A DNA stretch of 63,091 bases, the filler included, from Corallochytrium limacisporum Hawaii (taxonomy: Eukaryota; Protista; Pluriformea): NCBI GenBank assembly GCA_002811645.1. It is 4 parts of 4 records of this genome, joined end to end, with 100 filler letters (N's around TTAATTAATTAA, not from the genome) between each part and the next. Parts side by side here need not be neighbours in the genome. Positions count along the whole stretch, not along the records: positions 1 to 19,444 come from PDIP01000146.1; 3 more parts are not named here. One strand, 5' to 3'. Below, one piece after another: positions 1 to 10,962 of this stretch. The position numbers and the translations under genes were made by a program. How positions within the stretch are numbered: the first letter of the stretch is position 1; each line of letters begins with the position of its first letter. The notes under the pieces are model-generated. The model ran no database searches and had not been told where the DNA came from. It saw only the letters and a program-made list of their open reading frames with translations.

Positions 1-108
1 GAGGGTGCTGAGTTCGAATCTGTCAAAATTTTCCCGCTCTCCCAAGCGACGGCAGAGCTAAATCAAAAAGAGTAGATTTGATACAATATTCTCAGACAGA
101 GGGTGGTA
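1..108. mobile_element. End of a TA-flanked DNA-transposon-like repeat (type A), terminus ...CAGACAGAGGGTGG|TA
   Basis: Bases 1-108 match 39359-39466 with one mismatch. Identity ends one base after the TA. The terminal 16 nt are also shared with 27778-27793. Confidence 0.7.
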
Positions 109-885
109 CGTTCCAAGATTCTACTGACGACTTTTTCCCGGGTCCGTGTTTTTCCAACCGTCCGTTCCGCTGCTGTTTCTCGCTCCTGTCCAGATCTCCA
201 GGGAAGGGGTTCTATGCGGTTTGGGAGTGTGCTGTATTCGTTCATTTTCCCCTAGGTCAGACCCCTCGAGATTCACGAAACCTAGGCTCCTCGACGCTGC
301 GAGTTAAAGCCACTGGCTCGCGTGTGTCCGCTGGTGTTGACAATAATCGGGAAAGCGTTCGAACAAAAATGGACCCCCATTCATTGGCCGATGCGTCTAG
401 GGAAGAGAGGGGGCATAACACGGAACTGAATACTCCAAAATACCTGGTCCGTCCATCAGGACGCGAGAGGGACTGTTTTGGCGTGCTCGGGAGCAGTATT
501 TTCACTATGGGATGGGGAAACGGCAAAAAAAAAATCGTAGCGGTGGCAGGGAGAAAGGGGGGCGGCGGGCGGCAGTCCATCGGTATTAGGGGGGAGGGGC
601 CCCTTCTGGGCCATACCCAATAGGCACACCGCAGGAGTTGCTGACCAGAGGAGAGGCTGACTGTGCGAACTTTTCGAGCCGGACTGCGCACGGAGGCGTA
701 GAAGTGCAAGATACGACATCTACGAGGACTTCTTACGCGTCAAAACGTCGTATGTGCTTGGTACTTCTGAAGAGTAAGCAAAATACTTGATAGGTACCAA
801 ATCCAAGCCCAAGAATTCACGAGCACATACGTGCAAAGCAAATGAGCACAACAATGTAGGCAGTTGGAATTGCAGGGAATAGGGA

Positions 886-2097
886 ATGTACATTGCACGG
901 CTTTGGCGGCAGACAGCCGCTTTGAAACAGCGTAATGCTGTCTTTCCAGCAGTCACTGGAACTATGCGATTCATGAAGTCATTCGCGCTTGCGAATGATC
1001 TCGAATCACGGTTGTTAGCGCAAAGAAAGCTTATTGAGGAGTACGGCAGTCAAGCAACAGAGAAAACGAGCATCGATGAACTCTTGCAACAGGGACAAGA
1101 CATTTCGGAAGAGAGAATGATTGCAAGTGCACAATTTCTGCGCAAGGAAATTGCCGTACGTATTGCGAAGAGAGTTCTAGAATTTCACAAATTACCATAT
1201 ATTGTTGGGTGCAACCCTCACTTCATGACAGTCTTCCAAGTATACAACTCATCATTCGAGAAAATGCTCAGCTGTCCTCCGATTGAAACAGCAGAAGATG
1301 AGCAACAATTTTGTAAGATCATCGAAGGTTTCGTGAGCGATCATGAAGATGTGGTTGGTACTCTGGCTAAAGGTGTACAGGAGTGTCTCCGGTATATGTC
1401 AGCTGCCAAGCTGGACTCATTCATTGACACGACATTAAGGAATCGTTTAGGCATTCGGATTTTGCTCGAGAATCATCTGGCGCTTCATCGAAATGCGGAA
1501 AACTTCATTGGCATAGTCTGTAGAAATGTATGCCCCGCGGAAGTGGTACGTAAAGGAGCCATTATCGCCTCCCAGATGACAGAGCAAAAGTATATGGTCG
1601 CGCCGCAAGTTGTGATCGATGGAGATGTCGAGGCCACTTTCCCATATGTGCCATTTCACGTCGAATACTGCGTTTTGGAGCTTCTTAAGAATGCCATGCG
1701 CGCGACTGCGGAGAATAATGACCTTGAAACCATGCCCAACATCCAAGTTACCATCGGTAAAGCACCTGAAGGTGTAACGATACGTATCTCCGATCAGGGT
1801 GGTGGCATCAGCCCGGAAAATTTGAGGCGAGTCTTTAACTACACCTTCACAACAGTGAAGGAGGATGACGGGGCACAAAACCACAGTGACAACGCCCTTG
1901 GAGGCTTTATTAGCACAGCATCTCAGGCTAACAGCCGATACGGCACCCTTGCCGGTCTGGGATTCGGTGTGCCAATGACCCGTGTGTTCGCAGAGTTCTT
2001 CGGAGGTTCTCTTCATGTCGAAACTTTGTACGGTTACGGCACAGATGTTTACTTGCGTTTGCAGCACATTGGGACGAGCAATAAGGCAACTGTGTAA
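886..2097 (+). CDS. Mitochondrial PDK/BCKDK-family kinase (pyruvate or branched-chain ketoacid dehydrogenase kinase)
   Basis: BCDHK_Adom3-like region (SAQFLRKEIAVRIAKR; LPYIVGCNPH as in BCKDK). GHKL boxes ELLKNAMRAT, IRISDQGGGI, GLGFGVP, GYGTD. Arg-rich N-terminal presequence. Confidence 0.93.
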   Translation: MYIARLWRQTAALKQRNAVFPAVTGTMRFMKSFALANDLESRLLAQRKLIEEYGSQATEKTSIDELLQQGQDISEERMIASAQFLRKEIAVRIAKRVLEFHKLPYIVGCNPHFMTVFQVYNSSFEKMLSCPPIETAEDEQQFCKIIEGFVSDHEDVVGTLAKGVQECLRYMSAAKLDSFIDTTLRNRLGIRILLENHLALHRNAENFIGIVCRNVCPAEVVRKGAIIASQMTEQKYMVAPQVVIDGDVEATFPYVPFHVEYCVLELLKNAMRATAENNDLETMPNIQVTIGKAPEGVTIRISDQGGGISPENLRRVFNYTFTTVKEDDGAQNHSDNALGGFISTASQANSRYGTLAGLGFGVPMTRVFAEFFGGSLHVETLYGYGTDVYLRLQHIGTSNKATV

Positions 2098-2156
2098 AGT
2101 ATCTAAGAACGCTGAAACTACCGACCTGAAAGTGTATTAAATCATTTAGAATAGTC

Positions 2157-3434
2157 TTACTCTGTACGAGCGCGTTTGCTTGCTGGTGCGTCTTCATCGT
2201 CTTCGTTCATTGCAGCCATTGCATCTTCATGGCAAGATACGTGGTAAGCCTGACCATCAATCATGATGGCATCCTTGTAGTGCCATTCCTCAAGTTCTTC
2301 GTTCCAGAACTTCTTGAACGGTTCCCCACAGTGGCCACAGATGCTATTCTCTGCGGTCTCCACTTCAGGCACCTTAATGCTATACACTTTTGTGGCTTGC
2401 TCCTCTTCTTCAGCCGCCTGTTCCGCGACTTCCATCTCGCGCTCTAGTGCCTCATCAGCATCCTTCAGTTGCTGCCATTCTTCTTCCGGCACATACCATT
2501 TCCGACTGAAGACTTTGGTAGCCCGCTCCTTCTCTTTCTTATTCTCCCTAAAGTGCCAATCCATGTGATCTTCAAAGTCGCTCTTGCGAGCCTTTCCAAA
2601 GCGCAGCCCACAGGTCTGGCACTGTAAGCTGAGATCATCGTAAATACTCGCAATGACATTATCGGAACGCTGTGCCAGGCTGGAAGGATCCGAGAAACTG
2701 ATGAGGACCCTAGCAGGCTTGGTTTCTTCAGGCTCTGGCTCCAGCTGGCGCACACTGGGATTCTGCTGGTGCTGTTGTGTTGGGTACCCGCCTGCAACAG
2801 CAGGAGGTGCCTGTGGGGCACCGTAGGCAGGAGCAGCGTTGCCTGACTTTATCAATCCTGCCGCCAATAGATTTTGCATCAATGCAGATGTGTTTACTTG
2901 GCCATTAGCTGGCTGACCGTACGACTGGGGCTGCTGATATCCACCGTACTGCGCAGCAGGTTGGGGATGTCCGTAGGGCTGTTGATGATGACCGTACGCT
3001 GGTGCTGGTTGCGGTGGTGGTTCAGTTCCCTTGGTGGGAGGCGCCGAAACAATGTACCTATCTATTTTCTCAAGCACATCTTGGGGAAATAGCCCGGCGT
3101 TCCAAGTCGCACGAACACGCCTCATATTATGTCTCGTCTTTTCATCTGATTTATGATACATGTCATTGAACGCATTGGCTATTACTTTGGAGAAAAGGGC
3201 AGGATAAGGTTTTCCAACATTTTTCAAAATGGAATCAATTAAATATAATGACGACAACAGAAGAGTGGGCTTCACTTTAGCCATGCGATGGACAATGGCA
3301 GTCACAATCCGCGCAGAATCAGGGCCGTCCCGTGCATCTTCTGCAAGATAGGTCAAAGCATTGATTTTTACCTTTTCGGGCGCAGTTAATTCTTGCAGTT
3401 CATGATAAAACTCTTGATAAACACCATCCCCCAT
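2157..3434 (-). CDS. PCF11: Cleavage/polyadenylation and termination factor Pcf11 (compact, 425 aa)
   Basis: N-terminal CID (LYLIDSILKNVG), C2H2 finger (CQTCGLRF...HMDWHF), Clp1-binding RKWY segment, C2HC finger (CGHCGEPF...WHYKDA...YHVSC). Confidence 0.93.
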   Translation of the reverse strand: MGDGVYQEFYHELQELTAPEKVKINALTYLAEDARDGPDSARIVTAIVHRMAKVKPTLLLSSLYLIDSILKNVGKPYPALFSKVIANAFNDMYHKSDEKTRHNMRRVRATWNAGLFPQDVLEKIDRYIVSAPPTKGTEPPPQPAPAYGHHQQPYGHPQPAAQYGGYQQPQSYGQPANGQVNTSALMQNLLAAGLIKSGNAAPAYGAPQAPPAVAGGYPTQQHQQNPSVRQLEPEPEETKPARVLISFSDPSSLAQRSDNVIASIYDDLSLQCQTCGLRFGKARKSDFEDHMDWHFRENKKEKERATKVFSRKWYVPEEEWQQLKDADEALEREMEVAEQAAEEEEQATKVYSIKVPEVETAENSICGHCGEPFKKFWNEELEEWHYKDAIMIDGQAYHVSCHEDAMAAMNEDDEDAPASKRARTE

Positions 3435-4130
3435 GGTGACTGATACAAATAACTTCCTCTACTATTTTCTCGTGTCGTGACTTCGTTCAAGCAATCAGCT
3501 CATGTTTTTCCTTTATCCCTAACCAAAATTCTTTGAGCTTGATCTATGAACCCAATCTGTCTGCAAATGGTATAATTTTGTGAGTCTGGTTCCTGGAATG
3601 TTTTTAAATACCGTCGTGTAGTGGTATAGCACAGTAAAGCATTGTTGTCGATGTGTGCCGCGACGCAGAATTCTCAATTGGCAAAGGAGCGGACTGCTCG
3701 CCCCATTCGTTCCCACCTCTGCGACCCTTCTAGTTTGGGCCGCCCTACACTCCTCGATTGCCTTCCGTTTGCGTATTCCGTCTTTGCGCAGGGCGATATC
3801 CCATCTCTCTGCCAACCGTGTTGCTTTACGATCTTTCGCCTCCCGAACCGGCCCACTGCCCACCCCTGCCTCTCTTCCCCCCTTCCGCAGAGGGTTGGGG
3901 CTTGGTTCTCGGCCGTCACATGGGCTGAGGAAGCGGGTTGACCCGCAACCTTGTGCGGGGGATGAAGCTTGCTAAAGGATTTTGGTGCCGCATACGATGG
4001 TATATAAATAATCACGACACTTTTCAGAGCAGATACAAAAGTATGTGTTTGTGATATGAAAACGATCTGTATTTGAGAACAAACATGTGATCAAGTGACC
4101 AAAGAATGGAGGGAATTACTGCCCGACAGT

Positions 4131-6806
4131 ATGATCAGACTCTGCGATAGGTCAGGCCATCTCAGGCGACCAATTGGATTATGGGCTTCCCGCTCTGCCT
4201 ATGCCACACGAGGGCCCGTGAAGCCCGATTTAAGCCACGTTTATGAACCGAAGGCTTTGGTAAAGGAGCGAATGCGCTTTCGGGAGCGAGCTAAGGATCA
4301 GACCATTCAGGGCACTATTGGTATAAAGACTGCATTCCAACAGGCACCGCTAACGGAATATGCTCCTGGGGAGGCCATGAAGAAGCTTGTTTTGCTGGCA
4401 AAAATGCTTCCGAATGTCGATACGGCATTGTATCACAGTCAACTTGCAAAGGTAAGACTCATTGCGGTTGAATCCGACCCCCACTTTCAAGGAATGTTGA
4501 AGAAGGCACTGTTGACCCTGAACAACGCCGACCCAGCCGCCTGGTTAAATTTCGCTGAGAGTATGGGTACGGTAGAACAGAAGGGACTTCTTTTAGTGTC
4601 TGCCAGTGAAGTGCAAGCAGGTTTGACGGCCCGGTCATTTGCACTTCTCTCTGAGAACGCAAAAGATGGGATGGTGAATGCCCGACTGGTGGAGATCATG
4701 GCGAAAGTGGCCGGCGGTTCCTCCCTGCAGGCAGGGGGTGCTTTAGGTGTCGCCATTTTACGTGCAATTGACAAGCACTTGGGTGATTTTGAACTGCAGT
4801 CAGGCACCCGCCTTGAAGTCATCACTGACATTGCCCGTGCATGCCTGAAGCATCGGTATAAGAGTACCCAAGGCATACGCCGGCATTTATTGCAAAACTT
4901 TACATCCCTCAAACCCGTGGTTCAGAAAACCATCATTTACACGGTTGTGGAAGCTGGTGCGTTCAAGGAATGGAAAAGAGCTGTAGACCACAAATGCACA
5001 AGTGAGATCATCGAGAGATTCAAGAGAGGCCTATCAGTGGGAGCTGCCACTCCCGGTGATCTTGCCACCCTTTGCGAACTGCTGACGGTGGCAGAGATGC
5101 GGGACCATTACAAAGAAGTGCTCGAGATGGGAAGCTTGGTATTAGATCATGCTGTGCAAAATTTTGATAGTATCTATCCCCTAGAACCGGTCATGAGAGT
5201 TATTCTGTGTGGGGCACTGATGGCATCACGTGTGGATGCTCGCTGGAATAGCCGTTACAGCCAATTTGTCATTGATGGTGTGAACGACATGACGACTTAC
5301 CGCCATAGTCTGTTTCGGGTTCCTACTGTGGATGTTCATGCCATGATGTTTGCGTACAAGATTTGCAACCAGAACATGTCTGAGGTTAGGTCCATGATGA
5401 CCAAACTCATGAGCGGTGATGCATCCTTAAAGGGTGTCTGGGGGCCCAAAATGCGACTCTTGCGCCAACTCGAATACTCACATCGTTTCAATGATTCGGA
5501 GATCCGAGGCTTCTTCTACGGAGAAGGAGAAGATAACTTGCTAATGGGACGGAGCTGTCTGGTCAAAAGCCCAGTGCTTAGAGCACTGTTGGCTCAGAAT
5601 CCTTCCTCGGCTGGCTCCTATCTTACCACATTTCAAGGGCAGTACGAGAATGCCAATGATTTTGTAACTGTGCTCCTGCATGCTGCTGCTGACGGAGATG
5701 TGTATAATGCGAAGAAAAGTCCACAATCGTTTCAATTGGCAGAGTTCTTGAACAACTGGGGCGACTGTCACGAAGTTAGAGGACTCGCCCACCGTAACCT
5801 CCTGAAAGGGTTCCATTCGGACGTTCTCGGAAGTTTTGCGGGAGCTATCAACGCGGCGCACGAGAGACGGTTTAGCAGTGAGATGCGATCCATCTTGTCA
5901 AACAATCTGCCCATGGCAATCATGGCTTGGGCAAAATCTGGACTATACGATGCCAATACGACGGAAATGGCATTGAATGCAACCATTGCGCACTGCAAGC
6001 TTCCAAAAGTTTCCGGGTGGGCACGACAATCTTCTATCGCCAATAGCTTGCAGATCTTAGCAAATGCACTTGCATGCGGTCACGAGGTTAGGCACGACAA
6101 GGATCTGGAGTTGTTTGAGCTTTGGAAAGAACAGCCAGGGTTCGACTACTACGCAGCACACATTCCATACCTGATGATGACGCTGCAGAGACCAGAACAT
6201 GCAATCGAGGGTATCAAATTGGTGATAAAGGAACAGGGCAACTACAGCAGGTTTGTTGGACTGCCAGCCGGAGCTATGATTGTTTGGGCCAGGACACTTG
6301 AGTTTGCTCGATTAACCCATGGTTTGAATTTGATTTCCGACCTCGGAATTCGCGCCGATGCTGTTGCCGACCTTGAGAATCGTCTCAGACATGCCAAGCC
6401 ATCACCCAGTATGTTCCAGAGAGAGATCGAGGGTGTCTTGATAGGAATAGGGGCCGAGGATAATGTTCAGAGTGAGATGCAGCTGGCCTCCGCGTACGTG
6501 GACATTATGGCTAAAATTAATGGTCAAAGCTTTGCGGTGGAAGCCGATGGTCCGACCCACTATTGCTATAGTCTGATGCAAGACAAGCGACTATATTTGA
6601 ATGCTCAGACGCTGATGAGACAGTATTACATTCAAAAAGTCGCTCAAATACCAGTGGCACGAGTCTCTTTCTTTGCTTGGCAAGCAGCAAAGACTGTAGA
6701 TGACAAAATGTCTATGCTGACCGAAGCACTTGACCGTGCCAGCACAAACTATAAAAAATTCCGGAAGCAAGATGAGTTGAGAGCGGATGCTGCAAGATCG
6801 GCCTGA
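4131..6806 (+). CDS. Mitochondrial RAP-domain (FASTK-like) helical protein
   Basis: C-terminal RAP motif (VDIMA...AVEADGPTHY...TLMRQ...VARVSFFAW). First ATG at 4131 follows a CAG acceptor and gives an Arg-rich presequence. The track's 4095 start is a GTG inside a probable 5' UTR intron. Confidence 0.75.
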   Translation: MIRLCDRSGHLRRPIGLWASRSAYATRGPVKPDLSHVYEPKALVKERMRFRERAKDQTIQGTIGIKTAFQQAPLTEYAPGEAMKKLVLLAKMLPNVDTALYHSQLAKVRLIAVESDPHFQGMLKKALLTLNNADPAAWLNFAESMGTVEQKGLLLVSASEVQAGLTARSFALLSENAKDGMVNARLVEIMAKVAGGSSLQAGGALGVAILRAIDKHLGDFELQSGTRLEVITDIARACLKHRYKSTQGIRRHLLQNFTSLKPVVQKTIIYTVVEAGAFKEWKRAVDHKCTSEIIERFKRGLSVGAATPGDLATLCELLTVAEMRDHYKEVLEMGSLVLDHAVQNFDSIYPLEPVMRVILCGALMASRVDARWNSRYSQFVIDGVNDMTTYRHSLFRVPTVDVHAMMFAYKICNQNMSEVRSMMTKLMSGDASLKGVWGPKMRLLRQLEYSHRFNDSEIRGFFYGEGEDNLLMGRSCLVKSPVLRALLAQNPSSAGSYLTTFQGQYENANDFVTVLLHAAADGDVYNAKKSPQSFQLAEFLNNWGDCHEVRGLAHRNLLKGFHSDVLGSFAGAINAAHERRFSSEMRSILSNNLPMAIMAWAKSGLYDANTTEMALNATIAHCKLPKVSGWARQSSIANSLQILANALACGHEVRHDKDLELFELWKEQPGFDYYAAHIPYLMMTLQRPEHAIEGIKLVIKEQGNYSRFVGLPAGAMIVWARTLEFARLTHGLNLISDLGIRADAVADLENRLRHAKPSPSMFQREIEGVLIGIGAEDNVQSEMQLASAYVDIMAKINGQSFAVEADGPTHYCYSLMQDKRLYLNAQTLMRQYYIQKVAQIPVARVSFFAWQAAKTVDDKMSMLTEALDRASTNYKKFRKQDELRADAARSA

Positions 6807-7676
6807 GAATGCCCGCGATACAAAAAGTTAAATCATTCAGTTGTCAGGAGCGCTAGATAGAAATTTTCATATGTTGTGAATAAAACTGGTGGATGAGGAC
6901 AAAGAAGAGATATGAGATTCGATAGAACACATATAACAGACTGTCGCAAAACGAAATACCAGACTACCATGGTCAGGTAGACAAGTTCAGATGCTCTGCA
7001 TTGATCTAGTGCCCCAGGACGCAGTCCTGTTAGGTACACGAGCCGTCGTACATGCGGCCCGCCGCACCCCGAAGAGACACATTTGGGATAGATGTGCGTT
7101 GCACACCGTATTTAATAATATGAACTCGAAAAACTTCTGAGATTGCATACTATTAAAGTATAAGGAAGATGTTGAAAGAACTTCGTATTACGATATGCGT
7201 ACTACTTTAAATATGTTACCTCAAATTATTATATGTTCTACAGACTTCTCTTCGCAGCAGATGACATGCTCACCGGCCCGTCACACCGTCTCTGCACTGG
7301 GTCACTCTCACTGCGTGCACACGCGCCTTCACCGACTGCCCATCTGCTCCCTCCCCCTCCCCCGTGTGGAGGGCCGGGTCCAATTCACTATGGGAAGTTC
7401 CGTACAGCTCCCGCCGCCCCCCGATTCCCTACCCTCCCTGCCGCCTTGCATTGTCCCTCACCATTGCTATTGATCAAATGCGCAATTGATACGAAGTACG
7501 GCAGGAGAGAAACCGTGTGAGAGGGGTTTTCACGTCAAGATAATAGCTATGGTGATGATAGACACTGAGTATGCCAAAAGTATATATGTATTGTTTACGA
7601 TGCTAATTATGTTCAGGATGTTGTGTGATGCTTAATGTGAATGTGTTGGTTAATGTAATGTCGCTGTTCACGACAG

Positions 7677-8438
7677 TCATGTTTCGAGTACAGTAGGGTT
7701 CACTTTAGGGCCCGTATAGGGGGTGTCCTTGATAACTAATGTCGCCGGACACGGAATAGACCTCATCCAGATGATATCTGGTCTATGTCCAGCCATGTCA
7801 GGCATGGGGCCTGCCATTGCATAGTATTGGCAGTCACGTTCCTCCTCAGCGCTGTATGGAGGGGCCAGGATGTCCAAGAACGCTGTGTCTTCTAGTGCTT
7901 CAATGGTGTGAATGTTCCTGACATTATGTTCCAAAAAGGTCATGTCACCAGCAGAAAGCTCCGCGTCTAACGTCTGCACAGCAGATTTTAAACCAAGCCT
8001 CTGTGCCATAGGCGACAGATTGTCATCCAGATCCAGCCAGTCCAAGGCCTTCAATTTTACTCTCCCTTTGAGGATCCGACACAATACTTGCATTGACGGA
8101 TGGTCATGAAAAGGGATTTGGAACCCGGCAGGGAGATAGAAAATGCCCATGCTAAATGCCGACGAGTCAGCAATATGTGCGTAGCTCATTGACTTCCCTT
8201 GAAATGGTGGAGTCCATCTTCCATCTATTCCCACCGATTCTGGGGTCAGATTCTGCACCAAAGGCTCCAGAATTCGAATGTGTGTCTTTGGTGCCCTGGC
8301 AAACATCCTATGAGCCTCTCCCGCAATGCTGTGAATCAGAGGCCGAGACATGTCAATGATCGGTACCGAGACGTCTTCCATGGAAAGACGTTTAATGTCG
8401 GTCCCGACTGTGTCTTTTTCTTCCCAGGCAATGGTCAT
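7677..8438 (-). CDS. ADO: Cysteamine dioxygenase / plant cysteine oxidase family (PCO_ADO)
   Basis: FSMGIFYLP..IPFHDHPSM, NIH, FLDILAPPY, RDCQYY motifs. ATG at 8438 in caaccATG context. Confidence 0.92.
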   Translation of the reverse strand: MTIAWEEKDTVGTDIKRLSMEDVSVPIIDMSRPLIHSIAGEAHRMFARAPKTHIRILEPLVQNLTPESVGIDGRWTPPFQGKSMSYAHIADSSAFSMGIFYLPAGFQIPFHDHPSMQVLCRILKGRVKLKALDWLDLDDNLSPMAQRLGLKSAVQTLDAELSAGDMTFLEHNVRNIHTIEALEDTAFLDILAPPYSAEEERDCQYYAMAGPMPDMAGHRPDIIWMRSIPCPATLVIKDTPYTGPKVNPTVLET

Positions 8439-10660
8439 GGTTGAGACCAAACGTCTCGAATTAGTGAATCTGCACCTGCAGACGATAACTACAAACCAGC
8501 GCCAACAGCGCCGGGCTGATAAGACTCCAAGTGTCCAAATACCAAGACATTACTGTACGGATGGTTCTTACTCCTTCCTCACTCTTCCTTGTCGTCATTT
8601 GGGCATATTCCTCGTACTCCATTTGTCCCAGGTTCTCGGACACTGCACACAAGAGTCGTCTACTTTCACGTCAATTATTCTTGGTAAAACCAAGGGCCCC
8701 CTTTATGCTGTGGACCCTCCCTCCCGAACGTAGTAGCAGGGGAGACGTCCATATTCACAAAAAAGATCAGCAGAGGGGAAAAAAAAAGAGGTGAAAGGAG
8801 AAGTGGGAGGGGAGCGAATTGGGGGGAAGGGAATGTACTGAGCCAACCCTGCACGGCTGTAGGGCTGCGGCCCCCCCCTTCCCTGCGTTCCTTTGATTCT
8901 TCGTTGGTTGCACCAAGCGGAGCGGCCCGAAACAAAGGGATCAGGGTACGGGATCAGTTAATAACCTCCCCTCCTTTTTTTTCTGGGGGGGGGAGGAGGG
9001 GGGAAGGGACAACGTGCAAAAGAAACGCGTAAACGGGTGTGTGATTTGGCGGGTGTGATTCGGTGCGTGGTAGGGCAGACCAGGAGGAAGAATGAAAATG
9101 TTCCGAGGGAGGGGGGGGGTGGTTTTAAGCAAGTGACGGACACAAGAAAGACTGAGACAGTCTCTGTGTCGCTGTGCGTGTGCGTGTGTGTGTGTGTGTG
9201 TTGTATGAAGTGATGTGGAAGTTTCAAAGGGGAGGCGAGGGGGGGAGGGGGGAAGAAGACCTTTGGACAGTGGAGGAGGAAGCCAAGTAGGCTGGCCCTC
9301 CCGGGTGGAGAAGAGCTGGAAGTGGGGGAACGGCTCGGGTTTTGGTTATTTTTTTTTTTTGAGAGAACGGGACCGCGGTATTGGGAATCTTCCTTTTTCC
9401 ACCTCCGGTTTGGCAACTGTCGGTGAGGAATTTCCATAGTGAATGAACGGGATCTACAACGGTCGGGCTGCAGCTGATCCATTGATTGATCAGAGGAGGA
9501 AAGGAGAAACGGGATGCCCTCCCCGGAAGAGAATAAAACTCCTGCCATGATGGACAAAGGACGTATCGGGCGTGAAAATTGCATACACTCACTAGCATTT
9601 TGGAACAGCAGACTGAAAACCAAAAAGAGTGGGCCCAGGATGGGTTTTGTAGGCGAAGCACAAGGTCTCAACTCTAGCCCCCACAGCGCCGATTGAAAAG
9701 TCGATTTGGGCGAAAGTCCGCAAAACTCCGAAGCCAATCGATGGGTAACCGTGGGCCGGCTCTCACATTGCCTGGCCGGGACGGGCGCAGGCAGCAGGCT
9801 CCCTCCCCCCTAACGGCCAGACTGCCAGCTATAGTGAACTGACTCACGCGCACGCACAACCAGGGACAGGACCAAACATGAGTTGCTCACTGGAAAACTG
9901 ATCCTAGATGGCGACGATCAAAAATGGAGCCATGAAAGAAAGTGTGCAGTGCGTGCCCAGCTTTGGTGGATGTGGTTCAGTTCAAAACGGATACAACTAG
10001 AAAAAGTACTGTAGTTTATTGGGCCGGAGGACTGGTAGGCAAGAAAAGTTTTTTTGACAGGCAATAGCTTCGATATTCGCAATAAAAGGCAAGCGAAGGA
10101 GCACCATCCCTGCAAGAGTGTGGCTCCGTGGGTGATCTGAGAGACGAAACACAAACACACTCACTCTGCGCGCGCGCCGCCGGGGAGTCCGGCACAAAAA
10201 AGCTGCAACAGTTCGCTTCGGAGTTCATTGAGTCGCCCAGGTCACACAAATTTTGCATTGTTTATGATGAGAGTTGCCGTGGAAGTGGGCGAGATCAGAT
10301 CAGAAAATGGCAAGGGCTATGTCGCAGCAGACCTGTCTGGGGGGGGCACCCCCAGAAACCCCATCCTCCCAATAACCCTTCACCTGCTGGCATAATCCCA
10401 GGCATCTTCCCGCCCCTTGTACACATCCACATCGTGACACACATGCACACAGTCTCTCTCTCGCTCGCCGCTCTCTCCACACTCCCTTCGTTTATCCCCC
10501 TACAGCCAATGCCCCCCACCCCCCCCGGGGGGCCGGAAGGGGGCCTTCACCATAACAAAACCACACTGACAGTATCCTCACTAACCCTCCACGCCCCGCC
10601 GGGTGGGCCTTCCAACAAGAAAGGGTACGGCGGTGGACTACCCAACCCGTCGATTCCCCC

Positions 10661-10962
10661 NNNNNNNNNNNNNNNNNNNNNNNNNNNNNNNNNNNNNNNN
10701 NNNNNNNNNNNNNNNNNNNNNNNNNNNNNNNNNNNNNNNNNNNNNNNNNNNNNNNNNNNNNNNNNNNNNNNNNNNNNNNNNNNNNNNNNNNNNNNNNNNN
10801 NNNNNNNNNNNNNNNNNNNNNNNNNNNNNNNNNNNNNNNNNNNNNNNNNNNNNNNNNNNNNNNNNNNNNNNNNNNNNNNNNNNNNNNNNNNNNNNNNNNN
10901 NNNNNNNNNNNNNNNNNNNNNNNNNNNNNNNNNNNNNNNNNNNNNNNNNNNNNNNNNNNNNN
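10661..10962. other. Assembly gap (N run)
   Basis: Run of N. Smaller gaps lie at 12204-12239 and 24715-24768. Confidence 0.99.

Noticed and set aside
1-40. GTTCGAATC suggesting a tRNA T-arm
   Set aside because: No acceptor or anticodon stems. It is part of the repeated element end.
8958-10660. Long ORFs in spacers (also 23750-25758 and 49495-50949)
   Set aside because: They arise from low-complexity, stop-poor sequence or run through N gaps.
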